Positions 48,191 through 58,025 of a stretch of DNA of 64,000 bases are shown here, one piece after another. The stretch is from Bacteriovoracia bacterium (GTDB lineage: Bacteria; Bdellovibrionota; UBA1018; CAIPTA01). The notes beneath the pieces are model-generated. The model was not told where the DNA came from and did no database searches. It saw only the letters and a list, made by a program, of their open reading frames with translations. How positions within the stretch are numbered: the first letter of the stretch is position 1; the number at the start of each line of letters is the position of its first letter. Location: assembly GCA_050246755.1 (NCBI GenBank), contig JBFWVL010000001.1:1024001-1088000 (forward strand), read 5' to 3'. A program made the position numbers and the translations under genes.

Positions 48191-49324
48191 ATGTTTCGTC
48201 CCAGCCTTGCCCTCGTATGGGCCTTCTTATCCACCTTGAGCGCTGCTAGCTCCACGCTAATTTATTTATACCTTGCTCACGGCCAGCCCTGGGCCCCGGG
48301 CTTTATCCAACTTTATTCTTCGCTTGGAATCGTGGCTGGGTGGTTAAATGCGTTAATTTATTTTCTCGCCCCGCGCACTATTTTTTTCCAGACACGCAAG
48401 GCGGCACTTTTCTTTTTCTTCGCGGCCCTCCTAATGGCGAGCACGATTTACGCAAAAATTTTCCACCAAGAGCTAAGCTGGGAAAAACTCTGTTTCCTGG
48501 CGACCAGTTTAATCCCCGTTCTCTACGCAAATGCCTTCGGCATCGAATTTTACGAAGGCAATTATCCTTGGCCCTACAGGCGAATCCTCGCTTTCAATAT
48601 TTTCATTTTTTTCGGCGCGATCGGCTCGCTATGCTTCGCGCACGATGAAAGCGGCCTCTATCGCTGGGGGGGCGCCGCCGGTATTCCATTCTTTTGTTTA
48701 TGGCTATCTGACTGCTGGAACCGTATCGATGCGCCGCGAGAAAAATTCGACTCTATTCAACCATGGCTCAACCCGTCTTTGCCAGTGCTCGAGAGAACTC
48801 TCTGGGACCAATGGGTAGTTTCACGGCTCGACGTCCTAAATTGGAGTTTCGGTATTTATGCATTAGGCCGAGTAGTTACATTCACCGGAAACGTTACTTA
48901 TTCCTATTTAATGGGAACCAATTCGACGGCCTATAAAATAAAACGTCGAGATAATTCCTGGTGGCCATGGGCAGTGATGTTATTAGCAGCTCCAATCGCC
49001 GCCGGGGCGGTGAAATATATTTGGTGCGCTTTTTTACTCGGTCAAATTTTCGCCTGGTTCATCACCGCATTGCTGACTACCGAATACGACTCGGAGAGCT
49101 CTTCTTACGGGAAATACCTATTGATCTGGTTCATGGATCTGACGATTCGCACGGTAGGAATTTTGGTTGCGCAAGACCTGAAAGACTACGCCTCGTTTTT
49201 GGTGTTCTCGAGCGTTACCGGGCTGATTCTTTCACTTCTGCTTCGGCGTAAACAACTGCTAAAGCCGTCCCCAAAAAGAACCAGTACCAAATCCCTCCTT
49301 GAGGATTTTCCAGGCATACGTTGA
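48191..49324 (+). CDS. Polytopic membrane protein, possible divergent Wzx-like flippase
   Basis: About 10-12 short TMs in two halves; lies in a glycan locus next to a ligase-like gene; no motif confirmed. Confidence 0.45.
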   Translation: MFRPSLALVWAFLSTLSAASSTLIYLYLAHGQPWAPGFIQLYSSLGIVAGWLNALIYFLAPRTIFFQTRKAALFFFFAALLMASTIYAKIFHQELSWEKLCFLATSLIPVLYANAFGIEFYEGNYPWPYRRILAFNIFIFFGAIGSLCFAHDESGLYRWGGAAGIPFFCLWLSDCWNRIDAPREKFDSIQPWLNPSLPVLERTLWDQWVVSRLDVLNWSFGIYALGRVVTFTGNVTYSYLMGTNSTAYKIKRRDNSWWPWAVMLLAAPIAAGAVKYIWCAFLLGQIFAWFITALLTTEYDSESSSYGKYLLIWFMDLTIRTVGILVAQDLKDYASFLVFSSVTGLILSLLLRRKQLLKPSPKRTSTKSLLEDFPGIR

Positions 49325-50600
49325 AGAGCGCGAAAAAATGAAGATTTACCACCGATGCCGCTACCAGCCAGCTAAAATCTGATTTGGGGGAACGAAGGAA
49401 AATCCAGCCAACCCAGCCGAGCAAACCAGAAAGCAGGAAAAAACCAATCAGCCCCAATCGATTCATGACCGCAAGGAAGCTATTGTGCGGCCCGGAGATC
49501 CAGCGCCCATCCACCACCGCCGGCAAACCATTGAGCTGCGTCGTCATCATTCTCGTGCCGAAGCCATTTCCTACCCACGGACGCTCGAGAAAACCGTCCC
49601 AGGCCTGTTGCCACAAATGCATCCGAAAAGCCATTAGCGAGGTGGGACTAGCGCTTCCATTTTGGGCAAGATCACCTTTAAAAATAATTCTCCCGATCGA
49701 AACCTGGGTTTCCAGCGGATCTGTGTAAGGAAAAACCTGGTCCAGCAAGAAGAGCATCGCCCGTCCGAACTTCGGCATATTTTCCCTCTGTTTAAGGCTC
49801 TCGCTTTGCTGCCGATGATAAAAAATCGGCTCCTCTCTTGCGGACACATAAAATAGCGTGAGCCCCGCCAATGCAAGACCTAGCAAAAAGGGCCACGTGA
49901 GGCGCTTCAGCAAAGAAGGCCAGTCTTTCCCGGCACGCCAAATCAGCAAAGGCAGCGCAAAAAACAGAACGGAAAAAACCCAGGTACGCTTCATGTAGAT
50001 CACGAATTGCGTGAGCCATAAGTGACCGAACGTAAGCGAAATAAGCTCGGGATAGGGTTTGGCCAGTAAAAGATAAACTAAAGGATAGAGCGGAAGAAGA
50101 ACTTCGTCGCCCACGGGAAATCCGATTAAACGAGAGTACGTGGACCCGTAAGTTCCCATGAGCAAAAAACCCAGCCAGCCGAAAATCTCCGCCACCGCAA
50201 TTCCCGAAAAGCTCACCACCATCAATTTTTTCAGCTCCCTGCCCGAAAATAGAAAAGGAACCAAGAACCAAACGCCCTGGTAGAAAATACAGGTTTGCTT
50301 AAGCGATTCTATCAGGCCAAATTCCTTTACTTGCCCCGAAGCCACGGAAATCCCCAACCTCACGAATCCCCAAGCCAAAAATGCGCCCAAAAAATAAATC
50401 GGCCAGCGGGACGATCTTAGAACGTTCTTCCAGTGAAAAACCCGCAGGACCAAGATGGCGGTTAGGGTGGCTTCGGAAATAAAGACGGGAATTGATCCGA
50501 GTTTAATATTCAAATAAGCGAATTGCTTACTGTAGATGGCGATCAAGAAGAAGAATATTCCGAGTAGGAAAAGGGAAATTTGATCGAGCTTCTTTTCCAT
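49215..50600 (-). CDS. O-antigen ligase / Wzy_C family protein
   Basis: R..LWQQAWDGFLERPWVGNGFG...PHNSFL...GLIG signature; about 12 TMs. Confidence 0.85.
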   Translation of the reverse strand: MEKKLDQISLFLLGIFFFLIAIYSKQFAYLNIKLGSIPVFISEATLTAILVLRVFHWKNVLRSSRWPIYFLGAFLAWGFVRLGISVASGQVKEFGLIESLKQTCIFYQGVWFLVPFLFSGRELKKLMVVSFSGIAVAEIFGWLGFLLMGTYGSTYSRLIGFPVGDEVLLPLYPLVYLLLAKPYPELISLTFGHLWLTQFVIYMKRTWVFSVLFFALPLLIWRAGKDWPSLLKRLTWPFLLGLALAGLTLFYVSAREEPIFYHRQQSESLKQRENMPKFGRAMLFLLDQVFPYTDPLETQVSIGRIIFKGDLAQNGSASPTSLMAFRMHLWQQAWDGFLERPWVGNGFGTRMMTTQLNGLPAVVDGRWISGPHNSFLAVMNRLGLIGFFLLSGLLGWVGWIFLRSPKSDFSWLVAASVVNLHFFALFNVCLENPQGGIWYWFFLGTALAVVYAEAEVKESAR

Positions 50601-50601
50601 A

Positions 50602-51462
50602 CTACCCACCCATAATGGAAAGCCGTAAATGCATCTGGGCTTGGCGCACTAGAACCCAGAGGCTCATGGGTTTCTCTCCCGCTAGCGTACGTAGAATCTC
50701 CAGCCTTCGCCGCCAGGGCATTTTTTCGTCTCTGGCTCCGATCAGGCTGCAATACTCTTCGAAGCTCAATTTTACGTTACCGTAATGGCGACAAAAAACC
50801 TGAAAGCTATTGGAAAGCTGTAAAGCGCGGTTTTGAAACGAAATACCGCCCCCATGCACACGGTAGTAAAGCATCGGCGCCGGGAGATTTTCAATTCTTA
50901 AACCAGCCTTCGCGATTCTAATCCAAAAATCATAGTCTTCGCAGTGCAGACAGTTTTCGTCGTAGATGAAACCGCGGTCCACTACCGACCTTCGCATCAT
51001 TACGGTGGGATGCAGAAGCGGCGTGGGCAACCATACATTCCTGGCCAGATCGTTTCCGACAGGGCGATTGATCACGGCTCCATGAACCGAATTTTCATCG
51101 ATCCGGATAGCAAAGGAGCCGGCGACCGCAGTATCCGGCTCCCGCCGAAAAAACTGCAATTGCCTCTCTAAACGCTGAGGAAAGCAGATGTCGTCGGAAT
51201 CCATTCTCGCAATAAATTCGCCCTTCGCCTCTTTAAGTCCCCGATTTAGGGTCCGGATGAGCTTTTGATTCTCCTCGTTTCTGAGATAACGAATCCGAGT
51301 ATCCCGTAAACCGTGAATGATTTCCGGCGAGCGATCGGTAGAACCATCGTCTACGATTAGTAGCTCGAAATCAGTAAACGTCTGCGCCAACACGCTAGAA
51401 ATCGCTTCCGCCAGATATTTTTCGGCATTGTAAACGGGCAAAAGCACCGTAACTAAAGGCAT
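50602..51462 (-). CDS. GT2 family glycosyltransferase
   Basis: LPVYNAE, DDGSTD, ARMDSDD, HPTVMMR, EDYDFW. Confidence 0.95.
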   Translation of the reverse strand: MPLVTVLLPVYNAEKYLAEAISSVLAQTFTDFELLIVDDGSTDRSPEIIHGLRDTRIRYLRNEENQKLIRTLNRGLKEAKGEFIARMDSDDICFPQRLERQLQFFRREPDTAVAGSFAIRIDENSVHGAVINRPVGNDLARNVWLPTPLLHPTVMMRRSVVDRGFIYDENCLHCEDYDFWIRIAKAGLRIENLPAPMLYYRVHGGGISFQNRALQLSNSFQVFCRHYGNVKLSFEEYCSLIGARDEKMPWRRRLEILRTLAGEKPMSLWVLVRQAQMHLRLSIMGG

Positions 51463-51480
51463 AGGGATTTTTTACCACAT

Positions 51481-53412
51481 TTAGCGCTTGTTGGCGCCGC
51501 TCTTTCGAGTTCCACGATAGCGTGCCAAGACCGTATAGCCCCCATCGGCCAAAATCGTTTTCGGCCACCCACAGCCCTTCGCGCACGCGGCCAAGGCAGA
51601 ATCGGTGGAAGAATTCTGGCCGCTTTGGCTGAATGTCCAGCCAGAATCCCAGGGCCAATGCAGACCTTCCTTCTGACCGGCGCGCACACCTTCCAAGACC
51701 ACGAACCGGCCAATTTTCACCGCTAACGTAATGGATTCGTTCCTCGCCGGGAATTTCAATTCATACCATCGCTTACTGCGTGGGTTGAGAGAAAGGGTTT
51801 CCTGGTAGCTACCAGACTCGATGAGAATTTCTACTGGAGAGAAAGAGCGATTCTGCAATAGAAACGCCGTAATTGGCGAAGAGTTTTTTCCGGGAGTTAG
51901 GGCAACTAGCCCCTTCTCGAGAAGAAATGGCTGCACTGGGCTGGCAAAAGAATAGATTTCCTGTCTTCCCGGCATACGGAAAGGATCATCGGCTCCCAGC
52001 AAAGGCAAGAAAACCGCTTTCCGATCCACTAAGCCGTTGGCTAGAGCGTGATAAAGGCTTTCCTCTTCGGCGTAGACGATCGTTTCTCCCGGAGGAACCA
52101 GCTGCCTCAAAGCTTCGGCCTGGCCATCCTCCATGTAGAAATCCGGAAGACGCGTGATGGCCCTCTGCCAAAATAACAAGCTCTCCCAGTTCTCCACCGG
52201 CCCAAGTAGGCCGCGCTTCGCCACAATAAGCCGATCCACCAACAAACCGGCGAGCGCAATATAAGCCACGACCGCCAGCGCCGAAAAAGAGCGTGCTTTC
52301 CCCTTGCGATAGCAAAAACGAATCAACGAAAATGCTCCTGCCGCCCAACAACCGCTAAGCAGCAAACCTAGAGGCAACAATAGACGAATCACCAATTCTC
52401 CCGGATAGCCGGGAAGAACATAAAAGAGGCCGAGACCCATTAGGCAAAGCAGCAGAGCTAAAATCACCGAATAGAATTCTCGTTTCGATCGTGTAAGCGA
52501 AATAAATCCGAGGCCAAGCAGAATAAAGACCGATGCAAATCCCCCACGTTGCTGCAAGAACCACTGCAGGACTGAACGTATCGATACGTCTACATTAAGT
52601 AGATCAAGGCCGAGGTGGGCGCCAAAACTACAGCCCACGCCCGGAGCCTTAAAAAGACCGGCGACTAGTTTTGCAAGAATTGCAATCCCGACCAAGACCG
52701 CTGCTGACCCCAGGCCCCTCCGGAGTTTTTTACGATTTTTGACCAACAATAAAGCGGCGGAGATTCCAGCAAGGGCGAATCCCAGTGGATGCATGAGCAC
52801 CGAAAAGCCTGCGCACAAGCTTGCGGCTATAACTGCGTATTTTCCCTCGCGACGGCAAAACCACCAACTCATCACGGCTAGGGCTACGCATAGATTGGTA
52901 GGTACAATATACTGCCAGCCAGCTCCTGGATATTTGAGCGTAGTGAAAAATAACAAGAAGATTCCCGCGGCCCCTAAGCCGAAAATATCTCCGACGAGTA
53001 GGGTAAAGGCTAAGGCCAAAAACAAACCGCCGAAAATCACTAAGCATGCATAAGCAATTTCCCAGCTCCCTAATGCAAAACGAAAGCCATTGAGGGCGAG
53101 GGAGTGCAGCACCGAATAGTTACAGAGAATCCGGCCAATATATCGATCTTGCAGAGCAGGAATAACCGGCGATCTTCGCGCTTGCTCAAGAACGGAAGCG
53201 TACGAAAGGCATTTTGTGAGGGGCACGCAGTGAATAGCGGCATTCGCCTTGTGTATGTAGGCGTAGGCATCGTCTGGCTCCGTTAAAGAGTTCGTCATAA
53301 ATACGGCAGGAAATAAATAGAACCCGTATACGGTTAGATGGAAAAGAACCGCTATGCCGAAGAATAGACAAATGGACCATGATTTGGATCCGGCGGGGGC
53401 GAATTTGAGCAT
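51481..53412 (-). CDS. Polytopic membrane protein, probable GT-C glycosyltransferase with periplasmic C-terminal domain
   Basis: EPDDAYAY motif after TM1, about 11 TMs including HP motif, soluble C-terminus; GAGGT SD before ATG 53412. Confidence 0.6.
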   Translation of the reverse strand: MLKFAPAGSKSWSICLFFGIAVLFHLTVYGFYLFPAVFMTNSLTEPDDAYAYIHKANAAIHCVPLTKCLSYASVLEQARRSPVIPALQDRYIGRILCNYSVLHSLALNGFRFALGSWEIAYACLVIFGGLFLALAFTLLVGDIFGLGAAGIFLLFFTTLKYPGAGWQYIVPTNLCVALAVMSWWFCRREGKYAVIAASLCAGFSVLMHPLGFALAGISAALLLVKNRKKLRRGLGSAAVLVGIAILAKLVAGLFKAPGVGCSFGAHLGLDLLNVDVSIRSVLQWFLQQRGGFASVFILLGLGFISLTRSKREFYSVILALLLCLMGLGLFYVLPGYPGELVIRLLLPLGLLLSGCWAAGAFSLIRFCYRKGKARSFSALAVVAYIALAGLLVDRLIVAKRGLLGPVENWESLLFWQRAITRLPDFYMEDGQAEALRQLVPPGETIVYAEEESLYHALANGLVDRKAVFLPLLGADDPFRMPGRQEIYSFASPVQPFLLEKGLVALTPGKNSSPITAFLLQNRSFSPVEILIESGSYQETLSLNPRSKRWYELKFPARNESITLAVKIGRFVVLEGVRAGQKEGLHWPWDSGWTFSQSGQNSSTDSALAACAKGCGWPKTILADGGYTVLARYRGTRKSGANKR

Positions 53413-53598
53413 TTTTACCTCGGAAATTGGTTCGGGGCCGAAGGTAACGTGACTGCGGAGAACGCACAACCCGGGAGACCGAAACAAAGGCACGAATCAC
53501 GCTCCGCGCAATAGTTCCTGAGTGCGTAGCGGAGCGAGCCGTATTATAAAAGTTTTAGAACAGTTTTCGGCGAGCGCCCGAGTGGCGGAAAGGAATTT

Positions 53599-54552
53599 AT
53601 GAACTTCGCCATCACCGGGGTAGCAGGTTACATTGCGCCGCGACATCTGAAGGCAATACGTGATGTGGGAGGCAATCTCATTGCGGCTCTCGATCCGCAC
53701 GACGCCGTGGGAGTACTCGACCAGTACTTTCCCTCTGTTCGCTATTTTACGGAATTCGAGCGCTTTGATCGCGACCTCGAAAAGTTGCGCCGTCAAGGCG
53801 GCTCTTCGCGCATTCACTACCTAACGGTTTGCTCGCCCAATTATTTACACGATGCTCATATCCGCGCGGCCCTTCGAGTGGAAGCGGACGCTATTTGCGA
53901 AAAACCTCTGGTTCTCAACCCGTGGAATCTCGACGCTCTCGCCGAATTGGAAAAGGAATACGGCAAACGCGTTTACACGATCCTTCAGCTGCGCGTCCAT
54001 CCTGCGATCCTCGCTATTCGCGAGCAGTACGGCAAAGACCGCGCTAAGCGCCACCAAATTAATCTTACTTATATAACCTCACGCGGGAACTGGTACCTCA
54101 CCAGCTGGAAAGGAAATATCGAGCGATCGGGTGGCCTAGCCACCAATATCGGCGTGCATTTTTTCGACATGCTCCAGTGGATCTTCGGTAAGACCACGAG
54201 AAGCGAGGTTCATTTTTCTTCTCCCACCACCATGTCCGGATTTTTAGAGCTGGAAAACGCGGACGTGCATTGGTACCTCTCCATTGACTCGGAAAACTTG
54301 CCGAGCAACTGCAAGGAAAAAAACCAGCGCACCTTCCGTTCGATTACCATCGATGGCGCCGAAGTGGAGTTTTCCGACGGGTTCGCCGACCTGCACACCA
54401 ACGTATACCGCGAGATTCTCGCGGGCAAAGGCCACGGGATCGAAGACGCACGCGCATCGATCGAACTGGTGCACCAAATCCGGGTAGCCAAAGCCAATCC
54501 TTCCTCTAAAAATCTGCACCCTTATTTTCGGGAAAAGCACGGGAAGCCTTGA
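53599..54552 (+). CDS. wbpB: UDP-GlcNAcA 3-dehydrogenase (WbpB/WlbA, Gfo/Idh/MocA)
   Basis: GVAGYIAPRHL, SPNYLHDAH, CEKPLVLNPWN, TNIGVHFFD, EFSDGFADLH. Confidence 0.9.
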   Translation: MNFAITGVAGYIAPRHLKAIRDVGGNLIAALDPHDAVGVLDQYFPSVRYFTEFERFDRDLEKLRRQGGSSRIHYLTVCSPNYLHDAHIRAALRVEADAICEKPLVLNPWNLDALAELEKEYGKRVYTILQLRVHPAILAIREQYGKDRAKRHQINLTYITSRGNWYLTSWKGNIERSGGLATNIGVHFFDMLQWIFGKTTRSEVHFSSPTTMSGFLELENADVHWYLSIDSENLPSNCKEKNQRTFRSITIDGAEVEFSDGFADLHTNVYREILAGKGHGIEDARASIELVHQIRVAKANPSSKNLHPYFREKHGKP

Positions 54553-54567
54553 AAGCAAAATTTCACG

Positions 54568-55416
54568 ATGATCACCTCTACTAGCTCTCCCCCACCCATT
54601 ACTAGGATGGTAATCTTAACCGCAGATGACTCCACCTGGATGCTGCCGGCTTGGGCGGAGGCGATGAATTTTTTAGCCAAGGACTTTTCGGTCGTCGGCA
54701 TATGGGTATTACCAAACCACTTAGGAAAACTTCGCGGTAAGGCTATTTTTAGCTGGTATCTATCTACGTTCGGACTGAAAAATATGCTTTTGCTCGGCAT
54801 GTTTGCCGGGCTCGCAAAAATTAGAAACGTTCTCCGCAGACAGAATTCATGGCGTTCCATAGCAGACCGCCACGGAACCGAATTACACTTTACGGCGAAC
54901 CCCAACACTCGCGAACTGATTGACTGGATCAAAAACAAAGAAATCGATATCGGACTCACGAGCGTAGGAAACTATTTGAAAGAACCGCTTTTGCAATCCG
55001 TGAAAATTGGTTTTATCAATAAGCATGCCGCGGTATTGCCCCAAGCCAAGGGAATCTTTCCCTATATCTGGTCAGTCTTAGAAAGCGTACCTCTCGGTGT
55101 CACTTATCATAAAATGGTTCCGGAAGTAGATGCTGGCCCGTACCTACTCCAATGGGAAAGGGACGGTTCTTGCTCTACCCCAAGCATGCTAAGGTTCTAT
55201 TTTGAGGTTTTCGCCCGTTTTCCCGCTGAAATTGCGGAGGCGGCCAAAAGGCTCCGCGAAGGAAAGTTCCTGTCTAACCCGAATACCCAGATGAAAGGTA
55301 CTTACTTCTCGTTTCCTGAGCGTAAACATATTATTTCCTTAGAAAAGATGGGTGGTAGGATTGCGAAAGGAAGGGATATTTTCTACATCCTGTACATATG
55401 GCTTTTGCGGCAATAA
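54568..55416 (+). CDS. Formyltransferase (N10-formyl-THF-dependent, sugar N-formyltransferase-like)
   Basis: INKHAAVLP..KG..P (catalytic Asn/His), GVTYHKM, VDAGP (catalytic Asp). Confidence 0.82.
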   Translation: MITSTSSPPPITRMVILTADDSTWMLPAWAEAMNFLAKDFSVVGIWVLPNHLGKLRGKAIFSWYLSTFGLKNMLLLGMFAGLAKIRNVLRRQNSWRSIADRHGTELHFTANPNTRELIDWIKNKEIDIGLTSVGNYLKEPLLQSVKIGFINKHAAVLPQAKGIFPYIWSVLESVPLGVTYHKMVPEVDAGPYLLQWERDGSCSTPSMLRFYFEVFARFPAEIAEAAKRLREGKFLSNPNTQMKGTYFSFPERKHIISLEKMGGRIAKGRDIFYILYIWLLRQ

Positions 55417-56348
55417 ATATCAATTTTGATTCTCTTGGCGAGATGTTCGGCTTTCCCGAAGGCTTCCGCGATCCATGTTTTTTTCAAGTGGCCGATCGTT
55501 TTTTTAAAATCGCCGATAAGTATAACTTTCGCTACAGCATTTACGTGATCGGGAAAGATCTCGAAAACCCGATCAATCAAGAAGCCGTAAGAAGCTGGCA
55601 GGCAAAGGGTCACGAGATAGGTAGCCACTCCTTCAGTCACCGCAATGATCTTGGTGCACTTTCCCCTCGGGAAATTAGGGAAGAAGTATCTCGCGCGCAC
55701 GAGATACTTACGAAAACTCTTGGACAACCAGTAAGGGGATTTATTGCTCCCGGCTGGTCTGCTTCTTCTGAGCTTCATTCCGCCTTGCTAGAACTGGATT
55801 ACGAGTATGATACTTCTTCATTTCCATCTTGGCTGATGTTCCCTGCGCTCGCAAAATTGAGCATGAATTATCGTGGCGACCACCGCGCTAGCCGTTTTTG
55901 GCGACGAAAAGACTTTCATTATCATTTGGCGGGATCTCGGAAGCCCTATACTTCTATGGGAAAATTGTTCGGTAGCCTACCGACCGGAAAAAAAGAACTT
56001 TTGATTTTACCGCTTCCCACGAACCACTTTCGCTTTGCTTGCTGGCATACGATTGGATTTATGTTTGGTTGGAAATTTCATAAAAAATTACTACAGCAGT
56101 GCTTAAAGCAAAACGACCTCTTTTATTACCTCACCCATCCGGCTGACCTTCTCGACCGCGCTGATATTCCTGAAGGGCTGGGCAGTCGTTTCGAACGAAT
56201 GGAAATGCCACTTGAGGAAAAAATTCAGCGCTTTGAAGACTGTATCGAGCAAATTATTAGATCAGGAAAAAAAATCGTCACGATGGGTCAGCTGGCAGAT
56301 ATTGCCCGGCGGCGAATTTACGAAAATAGGAAAATCCATGTCGGCTAA
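55398..56348 (+). CDS. Polysaccharide deacetylase / deformylase (NodB/CE4 fold)
   Basis: GHEIGSHSFSH metal motif, GFIAPGW, YDTS, YLTHP. Confidence 0.85.
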   Translation: MAFAAININFDSLGEMFGFPEGFRDPCFFQVADRFFKIADKYNFRYSIYVIGKDLENPINQEAVRSWQAKGHEIGSHSFSHRNDLGALSPREIREEVSRAHEILTKTLGQPVRGFIAPGWSASSELHSALLELDYEYDTSSFPSWLMFPALAKLSMNYRGDHRASRFWRRKDFHYHLAGSRKPYTSMGKLFGSLPTGKKELLILPLPTNHFRFACWHTIGFMFGWKFHKKLLQQCLKQNDLFYYLTHPADLLDRADIPEGLGSRFERMEMPLEEKIQRFEDCIEQIIRSGKKIVTMGQLADIARRRIYENRKIHVG

Positions 56349-56922
56349 TGAAACATTCATTCACGATTCAGCTTACGTAGACGAAGGCGCCGAAATCGGC
56401 GCCGGCACTAAAATCTGGCACTACTCTCATATCTCCGCGCCCGCAAAGGTGGGGAAAAACTGCGTATTCGGCCAAAATGTTTTTGTGGCCCGTAATGTTT
56501 CGATCGGCAATCACGTGAAGATTCAGAACAATGTATCGGTCTACGAAGGCGTTATTCTCGAAGACTACGTGTTCTGCGGCCCTAGCTGCGTATTTACCAA
56601 CGTGAAAACTCCGCGATGCGAGTTTCCCCGGAATACTTCCAAAGACTACGCCGAAACGCGCGTGAAACGCGGGGCCAGCATCGGGGCGAACGCCACGATC
56701 GTTTGCGGCATCACCCTGAACGAAAATGCTTTCGTGGCCGCCGGCGCGGTGGTTACCAAGGATGTTCCCGCTTTCGCGATGGTCGCCGGCGTGCCCGCTA
56801 AGATCGTAGGGTGGATGAGCGCTTACGGCGACGTCCTCCATTTCGACGAAAAAGGCGAGGCGATCGATTCGATCGGCGCCCGCTATCGCAAACAAGGCGA
56901 GTCCGTGGAGAAGCTGGGATGA
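56338..56922 (+). CDS. wbpD: UDP-GlcNAc3NA N-acetyltransferase (WbpD/WlbB, hexapeptide repeat)
   Basis: IWHYSH, GQNV, KIQNNVSVYEGV, FCGPSCVFTNV, GASIGANATI. Confidence 0.9.
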   Translation: MSANETFIHDSAYVDEGAEIGAGTKIWHYSHISAPAKVGKNCVFGQNVFVARNVSIGNHVKIQNNVSVYEGVILEDYVFCGPSCVFTNVKTPRCEFPRNTSKDYAETRVKRGASIGANATIVCGITLNENAFVAAGAVVTKDVPAFAMVAGVPAKIVGWMSAYGDVLHFDEKGEAIDSIGARYRKQGESVEKLG

Positions 56923-58025
56923 AGCAAATCCCCATCCTAGATCTCGGCCCTCAGTATTTCCGTCTCAAGCCGCAAATAGACCGCGCCATCGCGTCCGTGA
57001 TGGAAAGCGGCAATTTCATCATGGGTAAAGAAGTAGAGCTCTTCGAAAATGAGGTGGCTAAGTATAGCGGCGTGAAATACGCCGTGGGCCTAAATTCGGG
57101 AACCGATGCGCTCGTGATCGGCTTACGCGCCCTCGGTATCGGCGCCGGCGACGAAGTAATTACTTCAAGCTTCAGTTTTTTCGCTACAGCGGAGGCGATT
57201 AGCTTGCTCGGCGCGAAACCCGTATTCGTGGACATTGATCCCGGAACGTTCAATCTAAATCCGGAACTGCTACCCGAGGCCTTAACAAAAAAAACCAAGG
57301 CGATTATTCCGGTTCATCTCTTTGGGCTAGGCTGCCAAATGGGCCCGATTTTAGAATTCGCGCAAAAGCATAGTTTAAAAGTTTTAGAAGACTGCGCTCA
57401 GAGCTTCGGCGGTCACGAAACAACGAGTGGGAATTTTCTCGGCTCTTTGGGACATGCCGGCGCCCTTTCTTTCTTTCCCTCGAAAAATCTCGGCGCCGCC
57501 GGGGATGCAGGCATGCTGCTCACTAACGATTCGGCAGTGGCGGAACAGTCCCGTGCGCTGCGAACCCATGGCGGCAAGAAAAAATATTTCAATGAAACCG
57601 TGGGCTATAATTCTCGCCTCGATACGATCCAAGCCGCGATCCTGCGGGTAAAGCTTCCGCACCTGGATTCTTGGAACAAGGAGCGCTTTGCGGTAGCACA
57701 GAGTTACCATGAGCTGCTTTCTGGTATTCCGGGCCTCGCCTTGCCGGGATTGGTTTCCGGCCACGCTTTCCACCAATTTACCGTACGCTTGTCCCACGTA
57801 AATCGCGATGCGGTGCAAACCAAGCTCGCCGCGAAGGGTATTGCCACGATGATTTATTATCCCGTGCCGATTCACCGCCTACCCGTTTACGCCGGCCAAT
57901 ACGCGCCCCTTCCCGAGTGCGAGAAAGCGGCGGCGGAAGTGCTAAGTTTGCCAATAGGCCCGGGAATGCCAGATTCCAATTTGGAAACCGTTGCTACAGA
58001 ATTACGGAGCCTGCTCACCCAATGA
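56919..58025 (+). CDS. wbpE: DegT-family aminotransferase (WbpE/WlbC-like)
   Basis: NSGTDAL, EDCAQSFG, SFFPSKNLG, NSRLDTIQAA; ATGA-coupled to wbpD. Confidence 0.8.
   Translation: MKQIPILDLGPQYFRLKPQIDRAIASVMESGNFIMGKEVELFENEVAKYSGVKYAVGLNSGTDALVIGLRALGIGAGDEVITSSFSFFATAEAISLLGAKPVFVDIDPGTFNLNPELLPEALTKKTKAIIPVHLFGLGCQMGPILEFAQKHSLKVLEDCAQSFGGHETTSGNFLGSLGHAGALSFFPSKNLGAAGDAGMLLTNDSAVAEQSRALRTHGGKKKYFNETVGYNSRLDTIQAAILRVKLPHLDSWNKERFAVAQSYHELLSGIPGLALPGLVSGHAFHQFTVRLSHVNRDAVQTKLAAKGIATMIYYPVPIHRLPVYAGQYAPLPECEKAAAEVLSLPIGPGMPDSNLETVATELRSLLTQ

Noticed and set aside
53500-53536. Hairpin CGCTCCGC...GCGGAGCG upstream of wbpB considered as a JUMPstart/ops element
   Set aside because: No GGCGGTAG ops core and no U-tract; function unsupported.
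56212-58021. Long apparent overlaps from upstream starts at 56212, 56811 and 57917 (also 41232, 53493, 37902)
   Set aside because: Artefacts of longest-ORF calling; downstream starts with SD or stop-start coupling fit family lengths.
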